A stretch of DNA of 60,798 nt, the filler included, from Basidioascus undulatus (Eukaryota): the NCBI GenBank assembly GCA_000826855.1. It is 8 parts of 8 records of this genome, joined end to end, with 100 filler letters (N's around TTAATTAATTAA, not from the genome) between each part and the next. Parts side by side here need not be neighbours in the genome. Positions count along the whole stretch, not along the records: positions 25,909 to 30,496 come from JTLS01002119.1; positions 30,597 to 56,117 come from JTLS01000212.1; 6 more parts are not named here. The stretch is one strand, 5' to 3'. Below the pieces are notes generated by a model that was not told the DNA's origin, did not search any database, and was given only the letters and a program-made list of their open reading frames with translations. Both the position numbers and the translations under genes were made by a program. This document shows, one piece after another, positions 25,993-38,325 of this stretch (position 1 is its first letter; every line of letters starts with the position of its first letter).

Positions 25993-26705
25993 GCTGCGGG
26001 TGGGTGCCAGCGTATCGAATCGCGAAGACTGCAGGCTGTATTGGACATCTGCCCGAGCAGCCATCAGCCACCATCGCAACAGCCTTCCCAAGTCTGAATA
26101 TATGTTTGTTCAGCCCATTTTATTATCACACTCCCGTGCTGTAATTTCTTCTCGAGTATGTAATGAGGGTGCGGCAGAGCCCTTTCTTTCACTTTTCATT
26201 TTCCTCACAGCTTTCCTTTGTTGCCTTGTCCCACTGCCGCCACTGACGTCATTTTTAGACAGTCCAGTTGCTGACAGTTAAGATAAACAGAATAAAAAAA
26301 AGTGACCAAATCCTCCGCATTACGCGCTGCGGGGATCAGGAATGAAAGGTCTCGCTCGTCTGCGTGTGCATGCTCCCCTTGCTTCTGGACTTGCACTGCA
26401 CGAACACCTGCAGCGCTTTTGTTTTTTGCTCTTGGAAATTTCTTGGACCTTGAGAACATCAATCGGATTATACAAGTCGCAGTATCCCCGCGAGTGATGA
26501 GAGGGCGTGGCGAGGCAGGAAGATCAGGAAGAACGGCAGCAGACGCGCAGAGACCGCTCGAGACTGCGGAAGCGAACTCCCATCCAAGCCATCAAAGTTG
26601 TTCTGTGGGTTGGAGTCATTCGAGGGTACCCTCCTGAAATTGTGCCCATGCCTGGACAGGGCTAGCCCTTGAATCCCGCATTCCAGTTGGTCCGCTACAG
26701 GCGGG

Positions 26706-26747
26706 GAGATAGCACATGCTCTCATGTGCTATCTCTCATGTGCTATC
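26706..26747. repeat. 13-bp hairpin plus tandem copy (CATGTGCTATC x3, one inverted)
   Basis: GAGATAGCACATG-ctct-CATGTGCTATCTC-t-CATGTGCTATC. Confidence 0.85.
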
Positions 26748-27309
26748 AAGCAACTTCGTAGGTTAGGCCCGCAATGCCGACCGACGGCTGTGTATGGAGT
26801 AAGTATTGCCACCATTAAGTTTCGTGCTAGTCAGTCCAGGGACCGAGGGAAGGCTCACGGCACCCTAATTCTCGGTTGCGGGAAGTCAACCTTGGACACC
26901 TGCTGCTTCTTCAGACCGAGCTCTCGGTACTGTGCAGCCCAATCTTTCCTTCTTGGTTAGTGTTGATCCGAATTTTTGGTACACTCCTTGGTCTTCTGTG
27001 TTCTCAGAGCGGGGATGCGCGTGAAGATGGCCACGGACTCGCTGCCCTGCAATGCATCCGGCCCAACAGGCAACCTACTGTCCGGCGTATTTCCCGTGAC
27101 TTTACATACTGCCCTTCACGAAGACGACCCGCCGAGACCCACACGAAGGCCTTTCAGCGATCTATCAGCTCGTCTCCCCCCCGTTCCCATCCCGATACCC
27201 GGCAAAGATTGAGTCGCTGAACGGAACGACGATCGTGCCGATCTTCGCATCGCCCGGAGCGCCCCCACGACCACGCCCGTCTGCCCTTTCACCCATACAA
27301 GCCACCAAT

Positions 27310-28712
27310 ATGTTCAATATTCTCGACTCCCCCGCCATCATTCCCGAGAACCCCCCCGAGACGAGTCCCCTCGACTTCCTCCCGCTACCGAACGCCACCG
27401 ACGAGTACGCCCCGCCGCCTCCGCCAACCGAGCCGCCCTACGCGCTGCCACAGACGCAGGAGCTTTCCACCGCCGAGCTGGCGGGGATGCTCGGGCTGTC
27501 GTCAGTCGCCACACGGCGGCCTCAGGACGCCCCCACAACGGAGCCGCCTTCGGCATCTCCGAACCTCTTGCAGGTCTTCCGCCCCACGGCGGGGTCGGAG
27601 GATACCACGCCGTCGTCCGCTGAGGATACCGACGATATGATGGGCAAGTTGTCGGATGTAGAGGAGGACACAGGGGTGTTGACGGTAGAGCAAGGCACCT
27701 CGTTCTTCCCGAGGAACGGCCCACCGTCGAAGAAGGGTCAACGGGTTGCCCAGGTGCGTTTCAAGTTCAGGCGGTCGGTCGGTGCCTGTTCCTGGCTGTT
27801 CTGGCTGACCCGCGTTTCGTCGTTTGTACAGGCTTGCGAGGCCTGCAGGAAGCGGAAGGCAAAGGTGCGTATGTTTCACTGATGGGAAATGGAAGTCGCG
27901 CATCTGAATGTGTTTCCTCCCCGAAGTGTAACGGCGACAGGAACGGATGTCGCCGCTGCATCTTGCGGAAGCTCGACTGTATTTACGCCGCAGAGCGGCG
28001 GGTTCGCGGACCCGGTAAACGCCCTCGCAAAACTGACGGAAGGAGACGGTCGAGCGCGTCGAGCACTACGACGGTGTCTGAGGCTGTCACGCCGTCGACG
28101 ACGCCGACATTTGGTTCTTTCCCGCAAGAGATCACGTCGAACCCGGCGTGCGTCTGCTGTTTTTGTTTTCTCTTGATAAATTCGAAGACTGACACCCCTT
28201 TGCTTAGCGACTCTGCATTGGGTCTATATTATCCGGAGCCCCCTTCACCGCGCACAACGGCGTACCGACCTTCCCACACGCTGAACAGCCCGCTATTCTG
28301 CAACACACCCGCCAAACCGTTCGACCTCTGCTCTACTCCCGGGGCCTCCCCTGCCCCAATTCCATGCGCGGAACCTCCAGTTCGGCCCATGCACATCGAC
28401 CTCACCGGTCTTACGGGCCTTCCGACCCCGCCGGACCTTCCCCAAGCCCTCCCCCCCATGACGCCTTTGTCGGCGGGTGGCGGCGTGGACGGTCCGCGCA
28501 CAGTCTTCGGCGAGCTCATTTCGGGCCCTGACGCCCAGGTGCTCGCACAGCAAGAGACGCAGAGGGTGCAAGTTGCCCAGGTTGAGGCGCCCGCAACGCC
28601 GCCGCAGTGGGACCAGCTGCACGCGGTGCTCGGGGAGGACGTGAGTCAATGGTTCCAAGTCGACGACCTCTGGTACACAGCAGGAGACATGGCGGTTCCT
28701 CCAGTGAACTGA
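27310..28712 (+). CDS. Zn(II)2Cys6 (GAL4-type) transcription factor
   Basis: Removing introns 27754-27831 and 27865-27926 gives QRVAQACEACRKRKAKCNGDRNGCRRCILRKLDCIYAAERRVRGPGK (C-x2-C-x6-C-x6-C-x2-C-x6-C). P/S/T-rich flanks and an acidic-aromatic C-terminus. Start codon uncertain. Confidence 0.88.
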
Positions 28713-29796
28713 GCATCATTGTGTTTTTCCCTCCCCTCCCTATCTTTTTCTTCCATCTGCGGACTACATTCGAGGTCTTACTATGATTTAAATTTGTTGA
28801 TCGAAGCGCGTTCTTTTCGGCTCCTTCGCTCATCTCTGCTCTTCGTGATTATTAGCGTATTATTACTGTCACTACTTCTAGTTTCTATTTAGCTGTTCGA
28901 TGCATATTACGACCGGTCGAACTCTGTGTGCCTTGTGCGCGTCTCTCGTCGGTGGAATAACAGGCTTCCCATTGGTCGAACAACATCGTTCGTTTTGCGA
29001 GCTGGAAGTCCTTCGATTTCAGTTGGCACTAAGTTGATGCCGTTGCGATGTTGGAAGGGGATAAGGCTGGAGTATTGGGGACTGGTGGGGTGAAATCTGG
29101 CAAAAAAAGCGATGTCCTTGACGATGTGAGTTGCCACGTACGCCGTAGACTCTGCTGCATGTTTCGTGCACTGGGTCCAGACAGAGGCGGTCCTTTCACT
29201 TCACCTTCATCCAACTTCTAGTGAACTGATGCATAAACTCACCCATAATAATATCAATGACTCGTAAAGGATCCTAGATCTGGAATAGGGGAATTTCGGG
29301 CTGCTCGGCGCATAGATGTTGGCCAGTGAGTGAGCCACGTGAGCCACTCCGAGCGCTTTCTTTCGTCGCTGCGGTCTTCCCATGCTCACGGTTCTCCACC
29401 ATGTTCAAGTTTGGATCCCGGACTATGGTGATACTTCCATGTCAGAAACTTTTGTCAAGTTAAATCAGCAGAAGGGGAACCTGTGCTCGTTATCGCGATA
29501 GTCACCTTGACTGGTAACCAAGCCCAGCTGATCAGCTCCTCCGAAACTCCTTCGCTTGGAGGCGTCGACTGAGTCATGGGTTGTGGTATGTACTGGCAAT
29601 TTATAGCAGACCTAGTGAACGTATCACGCATCTGAGCCCGTGAGGACTGCGGTAGACGATCCAGATTAGATGACCCGGACCGCATGAGCGGCCAGTGGTC
29701 AGTAGGCGTGCGAGGTGGGGAGGCGATGTTTGTCAAGGAACCAAGTAGAACTGAGGTGAGTGAAGAGACCGGAGAAGGGACTGGACTCTTGGGTGG

Positions 29797-29838
29797 GTGA
29801 GGTGATGTCCGTGAGGTGATGTCCGTGTGGTGATGTCT
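29797..29838. repeat. Tandem repeat, 14-bp unit x3
   Basis: GTGAGGTGATGTCC GTGAGGTGATGTCC GTGTGGTGATGTCT. Confidence 0.9.
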
Positions 29839-30415
29839 GTTTATTCGGAGGTACATACCTGCTGCGCTCATTGGATGTGGTCAATATTGGGTAGGAAAGG
29901 CGCTGAACTATTGAGGTCGGAAGCCGGAAAAGTTACATCAAGCGAAGACCACTTCAATCCTGTTGCAGTCTTTACCTCTGGTTAACGCGGTACAGAAAGC
30001 TGTTGTGACGGAGCATAGACCGGTTATCTTCCATTAGGTATGCACTTCGTCGCCTTCCGCGCGTTGTATCGGGACGCTCTTCTTCTGGTAGAACAGACTG
30101 ATGTGTTTTCCGTCGCTTCCACGGGCTTCTGCGGATCAACGATCACAGCATAGCAGTATAGCGCACACGGACTGCACACGGAACACTCGGTCTAGCAGGA
30201 CTCCACGCAACCCACACAGATCCCAACCGAATCTACTCCTCCAAATCCCACAGTGTGCCGTCGATTATGAGCTTGATCAGGTGGTCCGGTAACCCGAATT
30301 GAAATCGAGCATGACCACCTGGACATCGCGCTGCGGTAGCAGAGCGTGCATATTACGCATGAAAGTTTTCTTCTCGTCATCGTTAACATGATATTCGAAA
30401 CCGAGGACTGCAGCT

Positions 30416-30496
30416 CTTTGTGAGAGACACAGTCAACGCTCTTGCATAAATTTTTGCTAATGCTATAATGATACTCGAACGGGACCTTGATCAGGC
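30416..30496 (-). repeat. Right terminal inverted repeat (81 bp)
   Basis: Exact reverse complement of 25912-25992. Confidence 0.97.
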
Positions 30497-30596
30497 NNNN
30501 NNNNNNNNNNNNNNNNNNNNNNNNNNNNNNNNNNNNNNNNTTAATTAATTAANNNNNNNNNNNNNNNNNNNNNNNNNNNNNNNNNNNNNNNNNNNN
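30497..30596. other. Artificial contig linker
   Basis: 44N + TTAATTAATTAA + 44N. Confidence 0.99.
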
Positions 30597-31727
30597 CCCT
30601 CCCTTCGCCCTTCTACCCCTCCCTTCCCCTCCCGCACCTGGACCAGCTGCTGCCCCGCATCGTTCTCTTTCTCTGACATCAATAACCAGCATCATCGCAT
30701 TCCCCTTTCCTCCACCTGCCCATTCTCCCCCTCGGCCCCCTCCCTAGACTGAAAACCGCCCACGGCGCAGCCCGGGCGGGCCGGTTATTGTATTCTTTAC
30801 CCCCACCTCCCCTTACTCCTGCTGTGAATACCGCTTTTCCTGCTTCGTTGCTTGCTTGCTGCTGAAACGACCATAAAACCTCCTGCCTGCCTGACTTTGC
30901 GACGCTGCGCGCGCTTGTGCTGCTCGTCCGAGTCGGACGGTCGCGTAATGGATGGTTTGATTCGGTCTATGTGAAATGGGCTTCGACAGTTTTCGGTGGT
31001 GCCAGACGGCAACGCAGCGTACTCGGAACGGCGGACGAGGGTCGAAGCTCGCTTCATATTGAAGAAACAAGGAGTTCAAACGTCACTGCGCGTTCAGAGA
31101 TGTATTTCATTTACCTATGTCCCGTTAGTCTCGCAGCTAAGCGGGACACGAACGCATGTTGGCCTGAGAAATCACCCCTGCGCCGGGTGTTATGGACCAC
31201 TCCTCTAGGTCAATTGTGCAGCAGGCAGATTACGCGCTTCTGGCCGCGCCGACGTCGAGTAAGAACCAGCGCCAGTCGACCGGGAACGCACAGGCTCGAG
31301 CATAGCGTGTACGATCCCTAATGCTGTCGAGACCGAACTAGCATATACTTCTTCTCTCGGTAGAATATCTGGAAGATTTGAAACAGCACGACCAATGCAC
31401 CCTAAGCTGGCCTTTCATACCACTTTCTCCTCTATCCCGGCTCGATCTTTACAGCAAGGCGTCGACCGATCGACGATACCAGCTCCTCCTCCAGGAGCTT
31501 TACACCTTCAGTTTGGACTCTTTTATTGAGGTTTTTGACTTTGAGGCATTCGTCATGCGAGGGGTATATAATGGGATGCTCGCTTCGGCCGTTGCCTGGA
31601 GACTAATCGCCAGACAACTCTGCACTGTAGAAGTGACGCTGTCTGATGAGCATTATTCCGTACGGGTGTCAAGTTTCAGTACGCGGACTTTTCAGATACC
31701 TGGGCTATGTGCGATAGTACGTAAAGA

Positions 31728-34143
31728 CTACTGCATTGCCTCTGCGCCGCCGAACATAGCCCACCATTCCGGCGCGTCGATTGCACGGGCAAAGTCCGCC
31801 CACACACCGTCCCACTCTGAAACATGACCGCCCATCCCGGGAGGGATTGTGAAATGTGAATACGCCTGAGAGCGATCGTACTCGCCGATGCATCGACCGA
31901 CTGCAGCGGCGTGTCGAGCCCGACCATCGGGGACCCACTCGACGCTGACGGCCGTTGCCTGTTCAAATCGCTTCACGATGCCCCCTCAAACTTGGACGCT
32001 TGGGCGCGGACTTTGTGCTCGTACAGAGCTTGCCCATCCGCCCAGATGGCGCAGGCGCGCAAGGACGCGCTCTACGCTGAGGACAGGGAGGAGATCGGAT
32101 GAGAGGGGAAGGTTGTAGCGCCGGGAGCACGCGCTGCCGTATAGGACGATCGCCCGTATGGAGGCTAGAGGACGAAGCGCAAAGCGGGAGACGTATTTGA
32201 GGCTCGTGTGCTCGGCGTAGGCGAGGAGCTCGCGCGCACAGCTCGTGACGGTGCTGCGCGCAGTTTGGAAAGGGTCGAGGCGAACGATAGGGTGCAGCGG
32301 GGACGGAAGGTGATAGATGGCTACATCAGATCTTGTCATGTTCAGCTTCATGTCAAAGAAAAACTAAGTCAAGATCAGAATTTACCTTTTGCCAGACGCA
32401 GGGTAAGAACGGTGTACGTCATGTGGGCGAAGAAACGGACGGAGTCGAGCCAAACAGCAACCGGGAGACATTCCTGGATGAACGCTGAGAAGCGCAGCGT
32501 TAGCCAGTGGATAAAAGTGAAGGAAGAAGAGGCCGATAGAATATCCTACGCTTTAGATACTCGTGATCCTTGAACCACTGACGCACCGTGGATTAAGCCG
32601 TATCGAGTGCCCGAATGGCGACAGGCAGAGCGTCGACGCCGTTTCGGCTCCGTTCGAGGTCGCGGATGCTGCAACAGAAAATCGACAAGGCTGCTAAGGC
32701 CTGAGACTCAAGTGAAAGGTAGAAGTCACCAGGACGGTGCTCCTCGGGCCTGAGCTGTCGAAGAGTACCAAACACGACAGCCGCGGAAGGCTCCGGCAGC
32801 ATGGAAGGAACGGTCGTTGGGGAGTAAATGAAGGTGAAGCTGCGTAGGGGACGACAGAAGACGGTTGGACTTGGTCACAGACCATTCAGCCAAACGTTTC
32901 GGAGTGCACCTTGCGTCTAAATGTTGGATAGTATGCCACTGCAGGCACGGTGACTGTCAGCGCTGCACGTTTGCCACAACCACAGTAGGGCAACGCACCA
33001 ACCGGGCTTTCGCGAGCTCTTCCAGAAGCCACGCTCCGCCGATCCCGTCAGTAAGAGCTCGAGGACGCGGGGGCTCGCCGTATCCAGACCAAGCGCCTGA
33101 GCCATTCTGTTCGCGGCGGCGAATAGCAAGAGCGGACCCGCCCCGGGCACCCATGGGCACCGCCGGAGGGAGATTCCATAGCGCGGCGATGACGATCTCG
33201 AGGCTCGGATGGGCGTCGAGGAGCGAGAACAGGATATGCCGGTGGAGGAGCTGCTGGATGCGGTGGATTCGCGTTGCGGGCGCGGTGACCATCGTGGCGG
33301 CGAGACATGCCGTTTGGGAGAGGGGCTAGCCGAAAGACAGCCGTCCAGTGTCTTCCGAAGAACGACGTGCGGATACTGCTCAGCGAACCTACCTCGTCGG
33401 CGGAATCTGGTGAGCGCCTCCTTCGCTCAGTACACCGTCGGCAAGAGTGACAAAGCGAGGCCGGCTTCCGACTCCGCGGCGCTCACGATACCTTCGCTGA
33501 CAGGATCGCCGGGTACCGCCTCGCCCCCTTCGGTCGCGAGCTCGCGAGCAAAGCCGGGAGATAGGTCCCATTTTGTGCGGTCCGTCCTGGGCAGTTGACA
33601 ATGCCTCACGCTGGAAAGGCGTGCCGAACCTGCTGGATGTCACGCCAACGTCCGTAAGGGGAGAGGGGGCGTTCGGGTCGGGGAAAGGGAAGTTGCGGGT
33701 GGAAAGGATTGCTTCGATGTTTTCCAAGGCGTCGATCGACAGATGCGGCGAAGGAGCTGAAATCGAACGCGGACGACGAGGACAAAGCGGAGGACCGGGA
33801 GGGGCTGCGAAGTTATGGCTTGCATGCTCAGGCACCCCGTCAAAGGTAAACGGAAGATAGGCACTAACTTGCTTGACAATGGAAGACCAGCTTCATTTCC
33901 CTCGCCCGCGCCCTCCCCAGCCGCCTCACTCTCGAAGGAGCACTCAAGGCGTAGCACAGTACAGCGGTGACATCTGCAAGCCTGCGGGGCGCTGACCTCA
34001 GGGAGCTCGCACCGGCTCTTCGTCCGCCGGCAAGGCGTGCATGCTCGAGCGGCTTTGAGTCTCTGGGGCGTCGGGCTGTTCCCCTTTCGCGAGGAAGACG
34101 AGGCCCAGGAGGCCGACGTCGGGTATGGCGCGTGGCGGTGCAT
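31728..34143 (-). pseudogene. Zn2Cys6 transcription factor with fungal-TF middle region, apparently disrupted
   Basis: KAARACTPCRRTKSRCELPEVSAPQACRCHRCTVLRLECSFE, GDPVSEGIVSAAESE and further helical exons down to ..EWWAMFGGAEAMQ*. In-frame TAA near 32594 and unexplained frame changes near 33600. Confidence 0.65.
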
Positions 34144-34799
34144 GTGTAGCTCGGTGTCGTTGCACTCCTCGCTGTGTTGAGGGGGAAATCCTGAGGTGAT
34201 GTTGGGTGATGCAGTGAGAGCAGGTGAAGGCCCTGAGAATACGAGGAGAAACGTCTTGAGGCACTCGAAGGCACTCGATCGTGAGCCTTCGCCAGAGATG
34301 GACATGCGAAAGCCCTGGACAGCCGCTGCGTCGCGGGCCGCTAGCCGCCCTTTCCACAACTGTTTTGGTCGTGAATGGCGGATATAGCGGCAGTAGTTCA
34401 TTTGATCAGAAAATCATCTAAAATAACCTTTACTTTGAGCTGGCGTAGCGAGACATAGCCCGTGTGTGTGGCCAATTATTGTGAGTCCGCTCTCGGAGTG
34501 ACTTCGAAGACCGAATTGAAGCAACGTGAGCAGAATCTGGTCATCGTTTTGAGTGCTGATTAAACTCGCTTTCCGAATGCATATGCATACGATATCTTAC
34601 AGGTGGTCTGGAGAACATAGATCAATTCGGGAGCAACATGTACACTGTACTGTACGGTGGTTGCGAGCCGTTTTCCTGGACAACATTGTTGGGCGGCAGG
34701 CGATCATGCAAGGACAAGTTGAAAGTATTTTCGGTTATTTGGAAGAGAATTTTTAAGAAGGTATAGATTTATCCTGATGCATTCGTAAAGGATAACAGT

Positions 34800-35365
34800 C
34801 AGGAAAGACGACGTTTCTGAAGTAATGAGAAATGTAGCGTTGACGGTGCGATATGCTTCAGGACAAGGCCATAGGACATGCATGCTGCTTTCCCTATGCG
34901 CACAGGACAGGATAATGTGTGCGATATATGTGAGTGCTTAACAACACTTGAAACCACAGAACACAGTCCGTCGATATTACATACCTCTCCTCCACTTCCT
35001 CCGTTCCCAAGGCAGCCGGGTTGAGACCTTGCCCTTCTCCTCATGTAAGACGTTGCACCGAATTGTATTGCGTCGCAATACTGAGTTTTCATATTAGAGC
35101 CGCCATGCATCAAAACTTGCACCTCCACCCGAAATGCGAATAGACAAGCGCCACGAGGTCGGTCCGTAATCGTGCGCGAAAAGAGCATAATCACACGGCT
35201 GTCCAACGGCGTGGGAACGAGAGAGAATGACGGTGCGGTACAGCTCGCAAGTCGCGAGCGAATGGAGTGCTTTGCATGTAAGGGCCAATGATCGAAAGGT
35301 CGAGCAGCGCACGGAGGCGAAGATGGCGGACAAGTCTCCGGCGGGAGGGCGGTAATCGCCCTCAT
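34800..35365 (-). pseudogene. F-box protein, frameshifted
   Basis: MRAITALPPE / LSAIFASVRCSTFRSLALTCKALHSLATCELYRTVIL: an F-box motif split by a frameshift at ~35335, with stops downstream. Confidence 0.6.
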
Positions 35366-35830
35366 GATCGAAACGAAAGGTACGCGAGAGCGTGTGCCGG
35401 TGGGGAGGAGGGTCAAGAGCTCGAGAGGGGCCGGAGGACCAGCAAGACGATGGAGGCGAAGGACAAGGCACATTTGATTGGCGCGGACGCTGTGTGGTCG
35501 CCTTGAAAATTTGTCCTGTACATGTTCCACTTATTTTCTTGAAACTTGATCGGTGATCAGTTACGTTGAAGAACGAGGCCTTGCGGTTAAGACCGGCCAT
35601 TACTTCACAGATACACGAGAGCCTCTGCAAGCAGGTCCAAAGCTCGGCCTAGTCTGTTCACGGATGATCCTCGCGGTCGTGACGACGTGATATAGCGACT
35701 ATTACAACAATGCCAATGTGGATGCAAGAGAAGTATGTAGAGAAAGACAGCGGGCTCGAACAAGACACTGAATGGAGGAGCAGAGAGGAAGAAAAGACGA
35801 TGGGTAGCGAGGGTAGAGGATGGAGGGCGT

Positions 35831-37316
35831 CTATGCTTTCTGCGTCTCGGTTGACGCGGGCGCCTTAGCCGGCGCAGCGTCGACCGATTTGGGAGTGGGA
35901 GCAATCTCTGCGACATGGTTGGCGGGGAAGAATCCGATGCGGCCGTCGCGAGTCCGGCCGCGCCACCACGCGCTCTCCTGGCCTGTCGCATGGTCCGTGC
36001 GCGAGAGGACCGCGACAATGTCGTTCGGCTGGAGGGCGAGCTCGACGGGGTCGGACGTCTGGAAGGGATGGACAGCGCGGACGAACGTGAGGGAGGCCGG
36101 GTCGATGGCCTCGCCGTTCGGGCCCGCGGGGAGCGCGCCCGGCTGCTGCTGCGCGGCGGGAAGCGGGCGGCCGTCCGGCCCGATCTGCGCCAGGCGCGCC
36201 TGCTCCTCCTGCTGCCGCGCGACGAGCTTAACGAGCTTGGACATTAGCCACGGGATGCCGATGACGGTGAGGAAGAAGATGATGATGGTGCGCTTGCTGG
36301 GCTTCGGTTGCCCGTCGCGCGAGCCGCCGGGCGCACCCGGCGTGAAGTTGCTGAACTCCGCGGGGGAGAGATCGACGGGGAGGGGTCGGCCGGTGAGCTT
36401 GGCAACGAGCGCCTTCGCCCACCGGATTAGGGAAAAGATGGAGAGGATTTGGCCGAGGTAGTTTCGCAGGTGGCCGAACTGCTCTGCGACGCCCTGCATG
36501 TGCCCCTTTGCGTCAGCGATAGGGGTATTTTGGAGAGCGAGGAGAATGAGAAGGGACGCACGATCATGGCAAAGAAGGACGAATGCGTCGCCATGAACGT
36601 GGACTCGAGCATCTGCGCGAACCCGCCGAACGCGCCGACGACGCTCTCGATGATCTGGAACGTGGCGGCCGTGCCCGCCTCCATGCGCTGCGTCAAGCCC
36701 ATCTCGCCCGGCATGCCCATGCCAGGCTGCATCCCGTACGGCGAGGCGCCGTACCCGCCGTACCCGCCATAGCCGCCCATGCCGTACCCGCCCATGCCGT
36801 ATCCACCGCCGAAGCGCGAGTACGGAGACGAGTAGGACGAGTACCCGCCGAGGCCGGAGCCATAGCCGCTGCGGTACGAGCTAAAGGTGAGCGATGACCG
36901 TGAGCAGAAGAGGGTCGAATCAGCGAGATGGAAGGAGAAGCTTGCTCACTTGTAACCGCCGTACCCGCCCATACCGCCCGCCGTGCCCATGCCGCCGTAC
37001 CCAGTCCCGTACCCATTCCCATACCCAGTTGCCCCATATCCTGATCCAAAGACGAGGGAATTCAGCGCTAACGCTCTCCAAGATTGCCCCACTCTACCTC
37101 AGCCTCACCTGTAGTTCCCAGCGCACCCGTAGTCCCAGTCGTCAGCGACGCAGGCCTCGCCGGCACCGCCGGCGCGGACGCGGCGGTGGTCGTCGCGGCA
37201 GGGACGGGAGTCGAGCTGGTGGTCATCGGCTGAGAGGGTGATGGGGCCGGGGCGTGGGTGGCTGCTGCTGATGCTCCTGCTCCGCGTTCCCAGGGCTTCG
37301 GAGGTGCCGGGGCCAT
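35831..37316 (-). CDS. PEX13: Peroxin-13 (peroxisomal docking protein, SH3 domain)
   Basis: PPKPWER N-terminus, YG-rich region, TAATFQIIESVVGAFGGFAQMLESTFMATHSSFFAM and a C-terminal SH3 (ELAL..WWRGRTRDGRIGFFPANHV). 3 introns. Confidence 0.97.
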
Positions 37317-37910
37317 GCACGCCTAGAAGTGGGTGTACGGGTCGTTGGGTGGGACTGTATAAAAGTATGCGCTTGGGCTGGCAATGGCGTGCAGGCCGGG
37401 ATGGGCGCGTGGGGATGAAGGAAGAAGGGCAAGGGCCTTGGCCACCGAGCGCTCAGCGGGCAGAGGCCGGTTCCACCTGAGCCGAAGTTGGCCGGCTTCC
37501 GATCCCGCTCGCCTTGGGCCTAAATGATTGACTCTCTTGATTTTTGGACTGTTGACCTGAAAGATGTGCATTCAAGATGCGGGCGATATGCTGCTGTACA
37601 CCGCCTGGGGAGTAATTGATGCTTTGGAGGTGCGGTTTTGAGTAAAAACTCGTGCCTGGTTGGCAGGTGCCCTGTGGGCGGCGGCCTGCACCAGGTGCTA
37701 CCGCATGTATAGATCCCACTGAATTCCATTCAGCTTCATTACCATGCTATCAGATGTATATCCTCACAATTACGCGGTATATAAAAGCTGGTACCGTCTC
37801 AGAGGAAACGGCACCGTAAAGACGCGCGGCGGCTTTACGGTCTCGGCCGGGCGCGTGCTCATCTCGTCGCTCACGCTTGTTCGCGAACCTCATCCTTGCA
37901 TCCTCTCATC

Positions 37911-38325
37911 ATGGTCCTCGGCGTCCGTTTTTATTCCGCTTACCTTTAGCAAGTATATAGAGCTCATTCTTCCCCACAGAGACTCGTACATTACGGCGTG
38001 GACGCCCTCCTCGTCTCGACCGTCCTTGCCGGGGTCAAGCGGAACACGGGCTTCAGGTGCGCCTTCCCGACCCCACCCTCCTCTCAGCTCTGGCGACGCC
38101 CACTCCCCCATCTTCAGTCCCGACATCGACCGGATAGCCACCGAGCCAACGGTGAAGTCCGTGGCGGAGAAGTATCTGGGCGCGGGCGAGATTGTCTATG
38201 GTGAGCGGTCTGAGCTCGTGCGACCTGTGGACTGGGCGCCGCGACTGAGCTGGGGGAGTGCCGCAGACTCCGTGACGGGGCTGGTGGTGAACAGCGGGTG
38301 GTTCAAGCGCGGGGAGCGGCGGTGA
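37911..38325 (+). CDS. DUF1748 fungal small protein
   Basis: Three GT-AG introns give MVLGRLVHYGVDALLVSTVLAGVKRNTGFSPDIDRIATEPTVKSVAEKYLGAGEIVYDSVTGLVVNSGWFKRGERR*. Confidence 0.88.

Larger units (their letters stand above)
25912..30496. mobile_element. Candidate TIR-bounded non-autonomous DNA element or invertible segment carrying a Zn2Cys6 TF
   Basis: The whole contig is bounded by an exact 81-bp inverted repeat. TTA precedes the left end. No transposase ORF recognised. Confidence 0.55.

Noticed and set aside
37813..37841. 9-bp inverted repeat ACCGTAAAG/CTTTACGGT in the PEX13-DUF1748 divergent promoter
   Set aside because: Too short to distinguish from chance without comparative data.
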